DNA from: an uncultured cyanobacterium | Lineage (GTDB): Bacteria; Cyanobacteriota; Cyanobacteriia; PCC-9006; JAAUQQ01 | Assembly (NCBI GenBank): GCA_963718615.1 | Contig: OY970368.1 | Location: forward strand, 5,728,001-5,792,000 | Direction: 5' to 3' | Length of the DNA stretch: 64,000 nucleotides | In this document: in pieces, positions 52,719-60,388 of the stretch | How positions within the stretch are numbered: the stretch's first letter is position 1 | Layout of the letters: each line of letters begins with the position of its first letter | The notes under the pieces: model-generated | Seen by the model: the letters and a program-made list of their open reading frames with translations, nothing else | Databases searched by the model: none | Told to the model about the DNA's origin: nothing | Program-made: the position numbers and the translations under genes

Positions 52719-53045
52719 ATGAACTTTAGTAAACAGTTGATCACCTTGATCCTAGGCTTCTATCGTGAAGATCCCGAACAATATCGCGCCATTTTGACCT
52801 TGCAACATTGTCATTTGTCGCGTCGTTGGGGGACGCTGTGCATTAATTGCACAGATGCTAGGACTGCTGAGGATTTGATTCGGGGCATTGAGTTTATTCG
52901 GGAGCCGGTTGCGAAGCTGCGCTTGGCCCGTCGGCTCAAAATTTTGGTGAATGGGGCCTATAGCCGTATTTTTCCGGTCAATGCACCGGGCTATGGTATC
53001 GACTATCCCAACCCCCAGCAAGGGCGCTCTGGCTTTTTCTTCTAG
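52719..53045 (+). CDS. Hypothetical protein
   Basis: 108-aa ORF upstream of rpoZ on the same strand. Confidence 0.7.
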   Translation: MNFSKQLITLILGFYREDPEQYRAILTLQHCHLSRRWGTLCINCTDARTAEDLIRGIEFIREPVAKLRLARRLKILVNGAYSRIFPVNAPGYGIDYPNPQQGRSGFFF

Positions 53046-53113
53046 GGATTTCTTCTGGGGATTAAGCTAGGATATGAGGGCACAATGGTTAGCGCAGTGT
53101 TCTTCGGAGTTCT

Positions 53114-53344
53114 ATGCCCAAACGTCCCACAACCTTCAACTCAACTCAACTCATGTACCGAGCCGAGGAACTGATTAGCGCGGCCTCGAATCGCTATCGT
53201 ATCACTGTGCAAGTGGCGACCAGGGCCAAACGCCGCCGCTACGAAGACTTTGAAAATAACGAAGATTCCGGCATCAAGCCCGTCATGCGCGCCATCATCG
53301 AAATGTCGGACGAGCTGACCCAGCCAGAAATCATCGGCGATTAG
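53114..53344 (+). CDS. rpoZ: RNA polymerase omega subunit (Ycf61-type)
   Basis: [19 protein letters not shown] and [13 protein letters not shown]. Confidence 0.93.
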   Translation: MPKRPTTFNSTQLMYRAEELISAASNRYRITVQVATRAKRRRYEDFENNEDSGIKPVMRAIIEMSDELTQPEIIGD

Positions 53345-53464
53345 ACCGAATGCCTAGGCCAGACCTATATGCCTGGGCCATGGATATCCTACCCAACCGT
53401 AGGGGCGTGCATCCCACGCCCTCAGCGGTTTAACGGGTACTAAAACAGTCCAAGGATTTTAGCC

Positions 53465-54136
53465 GTGAAGAGATCGGTTTGGGCCAAAACTGGGACGACA
53501 GTAAGTTTAATCGGGGTCCTGGGTTTGAGCACCCTGCCCTGCGTCAGCTGGGCTCAATCGCCCCCGGCTTCCCCGGCAGAGCGCGATCGCCAACTGCGTC
53601 GGGCTGATATTTGGCAGGCCGTTCACCAACAGTTGCCCGATCTGCCCCTCGAAAATCAATACATCAGTCGCGAAACGGGCCAGCGCTCGGAAGACAATAC
53701 CCTGGTGCGCCGGTTGATTGCCTACCACACCACCATCAAGGGGCGATCGCCGTTCTATCGCTTGGATTGGAAATTCACCCTCGCAGACTATCTGGGGGTC
53801 AATGAGAGCCTAGATCCGAGCCTGTATCCTAACGCAACTCAGCTTACCCAAAGTCCCATGGTGGGCGATCGCCAAGCCCTCAGCCGCCTCAACCGCGCCC
53901 AGCGAGATGCGTTAATCAATACGTTGGTGCGTTTGTATAACCCCAAGAGTCCGGCGATCGCACCGGTTACCCTACCCGAAGTCTTGCCGATTACCCCTGC
54001 TCCAGGAAATTCGCAATCCTCACCCCCGCTCTCCTCACCCCCGCTCTCCCCAGCCCCCCCCAGTAATCCTCCAAGTCTAGCGCCGTTACCGGAACCCGGC
54101 GATGCGGATTTGCTCCGACCTCGATCTGGGGGTTGA
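53465..54136 (+). CDS. Hypothetical exported protein
   Basis: Signal peptide, LPLENQY and RLDWKFTLADYLG motifs, Pro-rich tail. Confidence 0.78.
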   Translation: MKRSVWAKTGTTVSLIGVLGLSTLPCVSWAQSPPASPAERDRQLRRADIWQAVHQQLPDLPLENQYISRETGQRSEDNTLVRRLIAYHTTIKGRSPFYRLDWKFTLADYLGVNESLDPSLYPNATQLTQSPMVGDRQALSRLNRAQRDALINTLVRLYNPKSPAIAPVTLPEVLPITPAPGNSQSSPPLSSPPLSPAPPSNPPSLAPLPEPGDADLLRPRSGG

Positions 54137-54139
54137 TTC

Positions 54140-54500
54140 ATGTTGGTTAAAGAAGGCCCAGGCTGGCGGCTGGGCTGGAACCCGGAGGCAGCCGTTTATG
54201 TGGGCTTGGTGGCTGGGGCAGATTGGGCCTTTGAGCTGACGGAGTTGGAGCTGGATGATTTTTGTCGGCTGCTGTTGCAGTTGGCGGAGACGATGGCGGC
54301 GATGGCTCAGGAACTGATGGAGGAGGAGCGGCTCTGTTGTGAGGCAGAGAGCGATCGCCTTCTGGCTCGAAGCGGAGGGCTTCCCTGATGCCTATGGCGT
54401 TCGGCTGATTGTCTTGACGGGCCGGGGTGCGGAAGGGGGCTGGGAGGCTGCGGCTGTCGCGGGTTTAGTAGGGGCGGCGCGGGCGCTGAAGACGTTTTAG
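54140..54500 (+). pseudogene. DUF1818-family gene with a +1 frameshift (possibly a sequencing error)
   Basis: Removing one T at ~54360 (CGCCTTCTGG to CGC CTC TGG) continues as LWLEAEGFPDAYGVRLIVLTGRGAEGGW...LKTF* ending at 54500. Confidence 0.78.
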
Positions 54501-54587
54501 CGCCGGATCGGAGTCCCCGGAGGCATCGAAATCTGCAAATTTCTTGTGTTTTGGTAACGCCTCTATGTTAGGATGAAACCTCGGTAA

Positions 54588-54661
54588 CGGGGCGTAGCGC
54601 AGCTTGGTAGCGCACCACTTTGGGGTAGTGGGGGTCGCAGGTTCAAATCCTGTCGCTCCGA
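54588..54661 (+). tRNA. tRNA-Pro(GGG)
   Basis: CGGGGCGTAGCGCAGCTTGGTAGCGC, CCACT-TT-GGG-GT-AGTGG and GGTTCAAATCC...CTCCGA. Confidence 0.97.
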
Positions 54662-54667
54662 TTCATG

Positions 54668-54697
54668 GAAAACCCGCTCATAGAGCGGGTTTTCTTG
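54668..54697 (+). terminator. Terminator after tRNA-Pro
   Basis: GAAAACCCGCTC-ATA-GAGCGGGTTTTC followed by a T-rich run. Confidence 0.85.
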
Positions 54698-54782
54698 TAT
54701 TTAGCCTGAGAAATTCTCTTCGCTTCATTCTCATTAAGCTTTAGCTGTTGGACGTTTTTAGGTAGTTTTTGGGCTTTTATTG

Positions 54783-55026
54783 TTGACGCTCATCCACCCA
54801 ATCGCTCGGCGATATGGATGGAGATTCTTGTTTCACAGACTCTTGGCTAGATAACAGCACATTCATGCCGCTACCCCCGCTAGACCGTCTCCACAAGCCT
54901 TTTCTTGAACCGTGCGCCCCACGGCCCTTTGTTTGATTACAATTGCACTCGCAATATCTCGGGGCATTGCTGAGAAGTTCCACGGGCATCCACTTTTAGG
55001 TACCCCTTCCCCCGCTTAAAACAGAC
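54783..55026 (-). mobile_element. tnpB: IS200/IS605 tnpB remnant with right end
   Basis: VCFKRGKGYLKVDARGTSQQCP, then a deletion/frameshift, RDIASAIVIKQRAVGRTV..ACGDGLAG, then SQESVKQESP in another frame, a subterminal hairpin (TCCATCCA..ATCGC/GCGAT..TGGGTGGA) and terminal GTCAA. Confidence 0.75.
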
Positions 55027-55345
55027 CACAGTTCCTGTGGCGGGAGAGGATTTGAGAAATTTATCGATTGCGTCAATACAATCCTGTTGTTGCTCTAGCT
55101 CATCCAAACCATCCAACAGCAGCAAAACCTGCGCCCCCTCAACCCAGCGCTTCCCCACCACCTTCGGAACCGTCTCCACCTCATACAACTGCTCCACCAG
55201 CCACTCCCCCAGCGGCTTCCCGTTCCAAGCCGCCAGCTCAAAAATTACCGGAATTGGCAGCACCTCATCCTCGATCGCAGCCCGCAGCAAATCATCCGCC
55301 AGCCCCAGCAGCTCCGTCGTCTTGCCCGAACCCGGTTCTCCTAAA
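55021..55345 (-). pseudogene. NACHT NTPase fragment
   Basis: GEPGSGKTT, PIPVIFELAAW and LLLLDGLDE are present; the N- and C-terminal parts are missing. Confidence 0.82.
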
Positions 55346-55547
55346 CAGTATAAATACGTAAATATCAGTATTCTCCGGAGCATGATGTTTATGCGTCGTA
55401 TCTTGTGATAACCCTTTCGGCATTATCAGGCTAGTGCTAGTACAGGCAGTCTACATGAAGTTCATTAAACATTTCTAATGAGCAACTAATTTTTTACTTT
55501 CGCCATCTTTTGACCTACATCACTTACGATTTACCCAAAATAGAGTC

Positions 55548-56120
55548 ATGGTAAAGCCATCTTCTAGAAAACCTCGTTCTTCCAGCAGCAAAAGTAAGAA
55601 ACGGCCAAATATTAATCAGGTCCGTACAAAGATTCGTGCGATCGCCACAGAGCACGGTTACAACGAAGAGATTCTCCTAAGTTTTGCTGAGTATCTCAAT
55701 GGCGGCCCTTACAAAGCCGTTGAGCTGAGCATGGCGGATCTGAAGGCTGAGGTGATCAAGACATTCGGCTGTTCATCCTATGCAGAGCTGAAAAAAAACG
55801 GCAATTTTCAGATGTTTGTGAGTGATAACAAGCTGAAGATGAATAGCAAAGCTGCTTGGCTGAAGGTCTACCGAAAGTTTGTAGGTTTACCCAGCAGCGA
55901 AAAGGATGCAATCGGTGCAACATCGATTAACGGTGTAGATGTGATGAGAAACTTCCTGCCCTGGAAAGTGTTCAACCTGGATCCAAAACAAGCCAGCGCC
56001 TCAGATGTTAAGCAAGCCTTCAATCAGCTTGCAAAGACGCACCACCCAGACTATGGCGGCAATCCAGAAGTTTTTGAAAAGTTGAAAAACATGCGCGATA
56101 GTCTGCTTGCAGCTTACTAG
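55548..56120 (+). CDS. Protein with basic N-terminus and C-terminal J-domain
   Basis: PWKVFNL...ASDVKQAFNQLAKTHHPDYGGNPEVFEKL (HPD motif). Confidence 0.85.
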   Translation: MVKPSSRKPRSSSSKSKKRPNINQVRTKIRAIATEHGYNEEILLSFAEYLNGGPYKAVELSMADLKAEVIKTFGCSSYAELKKNGNFQMFVSDNKLKMNSKAAWLKVYRKFVGLPSSEKDAIGATSINGVDVMRNFLPWKVFNLDPKQASASDVKQAFNQLAKTHHPDYGGNPEVFEKLKNMRDSLLAAY

Positions 56121-56132
56121 GAGGAGAGCACT

Positions 56133-57131
56133 ATGGGAAAATGCAATATCACAGATCAAGAGTTGGCAGAAGCTCTCGATATCACCCTAGACAAGCTTTA
56201 TGACATTTGCGATATTTTTGATGCCGATCCGAACGACGAATGGGAACTTAAAGAAGGTATTCATTTCAAAAAGGCTCCTCATCAAGCCAGAAGCTTTAGC
56301 CCAGAAGGGGCTGTTGAAATTTGCAATTATCTAGAGGAGAATCATCAAGAGCGTCCTGTCTTTAATCGCTTTAAGCGGTGGATGTTGAGGCGCGATCGCC
56401 GTCTCAAAGGTTTGATGGTTACTAAAAAAGTAACCGAATCCGTTGAGGTTGAAGGTCAACTCATTTTTGTCAACAACCGAGCTTTTCTTGGACCTCGTGC
56501 CTGCCGAAGCATTCTCCAGCTTGGTACTCGCCAAGATGTGCTGAATCGAACCTTTCAGCAAATTCAGCGATCTGAGAACACCGAGATTGAGCCAATGCAG
56601 CTCGGCTCTGACTTCTATGACGATTCTGAGCAGCTCTTCCTGAGCCGTTCAGGCATTGCCGTAGTGGGTAAACATCTTGGAACAACGCTCAGCCAAAAGC
56701 ATCGCCAGGAATGGTCAAAGGTTGTTGCAGAATATGCTCCTAAAGCAATTGAATCTATCGAAAAATGTGAAGCTGAAAAGCAAAAACGAATTCAGGCTGC
56801 TATGAATCGTGTACGCAAGCAGGCAAAATCAACCTGTCAAATTACAGACAGGAAATGCAAGATTCACAAAATTAACTTAGAAATTCATCACTTATACGAT
56901 AAAAACAAGTACCCAAATTTAGCTGATATAGATGCAAACCTAATTGCAATTGATGGTAATATCCACAAGCATTTTCATCAGTGGATGGGAGGAACGGATA
57001 AATCTTGCACAATTGCAGATATGGAAAAATATATTGAAGAGTTTGGAGACTCCCTTTTTCAAGATAACGTAGGCTTAGCGGCTGATGTTGCGCTCAAGCT
57101 TTCTCAGCTCAGAAGAGCTATTTCGACCTGA
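56133..57131 (+). CDS. Putative HNH nuclease with tandem ORF6N/KilA-N-like domains
   Basis: GGAGG SD, 12 nt after the upstream stop. C-terminal CQIT...LEIHHL...NLIAI...HKHFH; N-terminal T..ELAE...EG.HF...FS.EGA pattern. Confidence 0.75.
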   Translation: MGKCNITDQELAEALDITLDKLYDICDIFDADPNDEWELKEGIHFKKAPHQARSFSPEGAVEICNYLEENHQERPVFNRFKRWMLRRDRRLKGLMVTKKVTESVEVEGQLIFVNNRAFLGPRACRSILQLGTRQDVLNRTFQQIQRSENTEIEPMQLGSDFYDDSEQLFLSRSGIAVVGKHLGTTLSQKHRQEWSKVVAEYAPKAIESIEKCEAEKQKRIQAAMNRVRKQAKSTCQITDRKCKIHKINLEIHHLYDKNKYPNLADIDANLIAIDGNIHKHFHQWMGGTDKSCTIADMEKYIEEFGDSLFQDNVGLAADVALKLSQLRRAIST

Positions 57132-57250
57132 CACAATAATTAGACAGTAAAAAATGCCCGATGTGTCTTGGATGAAACTTAGTGGACTCAACGCCATCAG
57201 CCTTGTACTCAAGCTTTCTAGGTCTAATAGGACAAATATGGTGCTCGCCT

Positions 57251-57598
57251 CTAAATCGGCACAAACTCAACCCGATTGGCCAAATCTTCAGATTCACAGG
57301 CCCGAGCAATCAGCTCTAAATCTCGAATGCAATCGCCGATGCTGCCGCTCTGCTAATGAGAATAGATGACACCAGAAAACATTTTGCCAAATTGCTGATA
57401 GTCATAGGCGATCGCCAACATGTCATCATCCCGAGAAAACAAAACCCTTGAGAGCTTCGTAGCTCGCTCAATGACCTCTGGATCCGATGAGCCTGTCTTG
57501 CCATCTTCCTGAATCGAAAGCGCATCAACCTGGCGCAGCTTCAATCCCGTTGTGATTTGGCGCGGCACATTCTCATCCATATAAAACTTGACAGTCAT
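57251..57598 (-). pseudogene. DUF5615 PIN-like toxin with premature stop
   Basis: FYMDENVP, DPEVI and LFSRDDD. A TAG at 57353-57355 is followed in frame by QSGSIGDCIRDLELIA...NRVEFVPI*. Confidence 0.82.
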
Positions 57599-57894
57599 GA
57601 CAGCAGCCCTTTGTCCTTGAGCATTGCGACAATCGCCGACGCCCCCACGCTCTCCCGCAATGCATCGACTCGCTGCGATCGCCGCTCAATATCCCGATCC
57701 AGCTCTTCCTTATGATCCCAGTAATAGGACAGCGCCGAATAAACCTTGCTCAACGACACATGGGGATACTGAAAATGCAGCTCCTCCGGGCTCCAACCAT
57801 AGGTGAGGTGAGACACAACTAGCTCCACCAGCTTCATCGTCGTACCTTCGATCACGAGCTGGATGTATTTATATTGTGTTGCGATCGCAGTCAT
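57595..57894 (-). CDS. DUF433-family antitoxin
   Basis: GTTMK, GWSPEELHFQYPH and ALSYYWDH; GGGAGG SD; ATGA overlap with the toxin. Confidence 0.85.
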   Translation of the reverse strand: MTAIATQYKYIQLVIEGTTMKLVELVVSHLTYGWSPEELHFQYPHVSLSKVYSALSYYWDHKEELDRDIERRSQRVDALRESVGASAIVAMLKDKGLLS

Positions 57895-58022
57895 GACCAC
57901 TTCCCTCCCTAGCACTCTCAAGTACACTTTAGCCCTACTCTAAGCAATCATCCTGGAGAGCCACAGAAAACCCAACGTCGTACCATAGAACCAGAACACC
58001 GCCCTCTTCCCGGACTTGTTCC

Positions 58023-58110
58023 ATGCTCTCCACCCCCCCTGCCATCGGGCACCGCCGAGGCCGACCTCTACCCCGACTCAGACGGCAATCCCATGGCCGA
58101 TAATACCAAG
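58023..58110 (+). pseudogene. Uma2-family endonuclease N-terminal stub
   Basis: LYPDSDGNPMADNTK is a typical cyanobacterial Uma2 N-terminus. It is out of frame with ATG 58023 by one C in a C7 run and ends at a REP-like repeat. Confidence 0.65.
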
Positions 58111-58126
58111 CCAACCTACGACGGAA

Positions 58127-58186
58127 CCAAGGCGTTGGGTTTCATTCTTCAACCCAACCTACGCAGGTTATTAAATTCACGATCCT
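58127..58186. repeat. REP-like dispersed repeat, copy 2
   Basis: 53/60 identical to 33281-33340, with a partial copy (CCAACCTACG) at 58111. Confidence 0.8.
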
Positions 58187-58198
58187 ATCCCACAGCAA

Positions 58199-59206
58199 TT
58201 ATTCCGCTTTGCCCTGCAAATCCGCGCGGGAAAGGCCAAGCCTCAGGGCGATCGCCAACCCCAACAACGGCGTAATCCCATACATCAGGAGCCGCAGCAA
58301 CAACGCCGCCGCGATCGCCTCCGCCGCCCCCACCTCATACAGGCCCAACCCCAGCCGCACCGCCGCCTCAAAGGGACCGACAAAACCAGGCGAAGAGGGC
58401 AGGGCGATCGCAAAGGCCGTAAGCGATTGGGTGGCGATCGCCCCCAGCCATCCCGGTGCCGTAATCCCCAGCGCCATCAACACCGCCCAGTAGGTAATAC
58501 CATTCAGTAGCCAAGACAGCGTTGAAGCCCCCAGGGCTCCTAAAAACCGCAGCGGTTGCCGATAAACGCTCAGTCCTCCCAAAATTCCAGTTAAAATCTG
58601 TTCGATCTTGCTGCGCCAACGGCTTAGCTTTAAGGTTGTGAGCGATCGCCCCACGCCCGCCACGATCGGCTTAGGATACCGGGCCAAGACCCAGAAAAGA
58701 CCAACCATCCCACCAATCACACCCGCCATCAGTCCTAAGGGCAACTGTTCAGCCAGCTTGGGTTGACGGGCGAGAGCGATCGCCAAGAGCACAAACACCA
58801 CCAGCACATCCATCAGTTTTTCGCCCAGGACGCTGCCGAGGGCCGGTTGCACGGGCACCTGGGCAAGGCGATTGAGCAAGACGGCGCGGACGACTTCCCC
58901 CGCAGAAGCAGGTAGGATGCTATTGGCGGCATAGCCGACGAAGAAGGCATCAAAGCGATCGCGAAACCGACCGGGCCAGCATTCCGCCGCCAGCAAAAGT
59001 CCCCAGCGCCAAGCCCGCAGCCAAAACACGCCTAGGTACGCTAAGAGTCCGATCAGCAACCAGCCAATATGGACCTGACGCAGGGTTTGTCCCAGGGCCG
59101 GTAACGACAGATCCCGTAGAGACCAGTAGAGGAGGCTGAGGGTGATGGCGGTGGCGATCGCCCAGGACAACCCTTTGCGCCAAGGCGAAGAAACATGATT
59201 TTTCAT
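58199..59206 (-). CDS. Lysylphosphatidylglycerol-synthase-TM / flippase-like membrane protein
   Basis: LRAWRW, N.ILPASAGEVVR, EKLMD and PSSPGFVGPFE; multiple TM helices. Confidence 0.85.
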   Translation of the reverse strand: MKNHVSSPWRKGLSWAIATAITLSLLYWSLRDLSLPALGQTLRQVHIGWLLIGLLAYLGVFWLRAWRWGLLLAAECWPGRFRDRFDAFFVGYAANSILPASAGEVVRAVLLNRLAQVPVQPALGSVLGEKLMDVLVVFVLLAIALARQPKLAEQLPLGLMAGVIGGMVGLFWVLARYPKPIVAGVGRSLTTLKLSRWRSKIEQILTGILGGLSVYRQPLRFLGALGASTLSWLLNGITYWAVLMALGITAPGWLGAIATQSLTAFAIALPSSPGFVGPFEAAVRLGLGLYEVGAAEAIAAALLLRLLMYGITPLLGLAIALRLGLSRADLQGKAE

Positions 59207-59278
59207 GGGGTCCAATGGTAGGGGCGCGCATTCCGCGCCCGGTGCAAGCGCATTCCGCGCCCAATTTATCAGGAACCA

Positions 59279-60289
59279 TCAATGGGTCGTGTTCGCCAAT
59301 TGGGCCAATGGCGTTGCCTGGGGCCGAGCATCCACCAATCGCAACCGCTGTGCCGCAATGCGCTGGGCATGTTGGCCCATGGGCAGAACGGTAAAGTGCT
59401 TTTGCAACAGCGTGAGGGTATCGTGCAGAACCTGGCGTTTTTTCTCCCAGGGTAAATTCATCGCCGGGAAGAAGGCCAGTTCGTTGACATCGGTGCCATC
59501 GAGAAAGTCGAGTGGATGCATCAGCAACGAGGGCTGGGTGCCGGTGATGCGGCAGAGCAGAAGAGCGATGCGGAAATAGAGCCGTGCCAGGAAAGGCGAA
59601 AACACGGCGAGGTAGAGAATATAGCTAAAGTGGATGGGGATTTTGAAAATCGGCATAGTTGTCACAGGAACTTCCAGCAAACTGGGCTTGCCCTCAGATC
59701 GCCAGCGGTAGGGCTTGAGTGGTTGCAGGCCATCGCGGAAGCCGCCGAACAGCGCTTTGCGTTTTTCCCGTTCTTCGGGCGTCAGTTTAGCGGTCATGAA
59801 ATAGTAGGCGCGGGCTAGGGGTCCCAAGTAGCTAGGAAACGTCGAGGCATCGTACTGATAGCCGCGCCGTGCCAAGACCCGCAGGACCGCCGGGGAAAAA
59901 CTATAGCCCGGTCCCCGAAACCCAATGGGGCGTCGTCCGGTCACCTTTTCGATCGCTTTTTCCGCCTGTTCAATTTCCTGTTCGATTTCGGCCTCGCTGT
60001 AAAGATGCAGCCAGGATTCGTGGTGGAATGAGTGGTTGCCAATTTCGTGGCCAGCGGCGGTGATGCTGGCGATCGCCCGATGGTTTTTCTCCAACGCCGC
60101 GTCTTGGCCAACGATGAAATAGGTAATCGTCAAATTGCGCTCCTGGAGGAATTGGAGCGATCGCGGCACGATAATGTCCAAATAGGACGGAAACGATTCC
60201 CAGCCCGCATCCCCATGGATTTTCATGTAGGACCACTGGTTATCGAGATCGAGGGAAAGGCTAGCCAAAGGGCGAGAAGCAGGTTTCAT
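59279..60289 (-). CDS. Polysaccharide deacetylase family protein
   Basis: SLDLD, HEIGNHSFHH, GFRGPG, YDAS and LMHP. Confidence 0.88.
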   Translation of the reverse strand: MKPASRPLASLSLDLDNQWSYMKIHGDAGWESFPSYLDIIVPRSLQFLQERNLTITYFIVGQDAALEKNHRAIASITAAGHEIGNHSFHHESWLHLYSEAEIEQEIEQAEKAIEKVTGRRPIGFRGPGYSFSPAVLRVLARRGYQYDASTFPSYLGPLARAYYFMTAKLTPEEREKRKALFGGFRDGLQPLKPYRWRSEGKPSLLEVPVTTMPIFKIPIHFSYILYLAVFSPFLARLYFRIALLLCRITGTQPSLLMHPLDFLDGTDVNELAFFPAMNLPWEKKRQVLHDTLTLLQKHFTVLPMGQHAQRIAAQRLRLVDARPQATPLAQLANTTH

Positions 60290-60388
60290 AGGGTCTTGAA
60301 GAAAAAAGGTTAAAAAACAAAAGGTCAAAACAAAAGGTTCGGGGTTACAGAGGCGTTAGAGAGGCGTTAGAGAGGCGTTAGAGAGGCG

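Noticed and set aside
54937-55383. 148-aa ORF as a functional NACHT protein
   Set aside because: It is a fragment joined to tnpB sequence, with an unrelated AT-rich 5' end.
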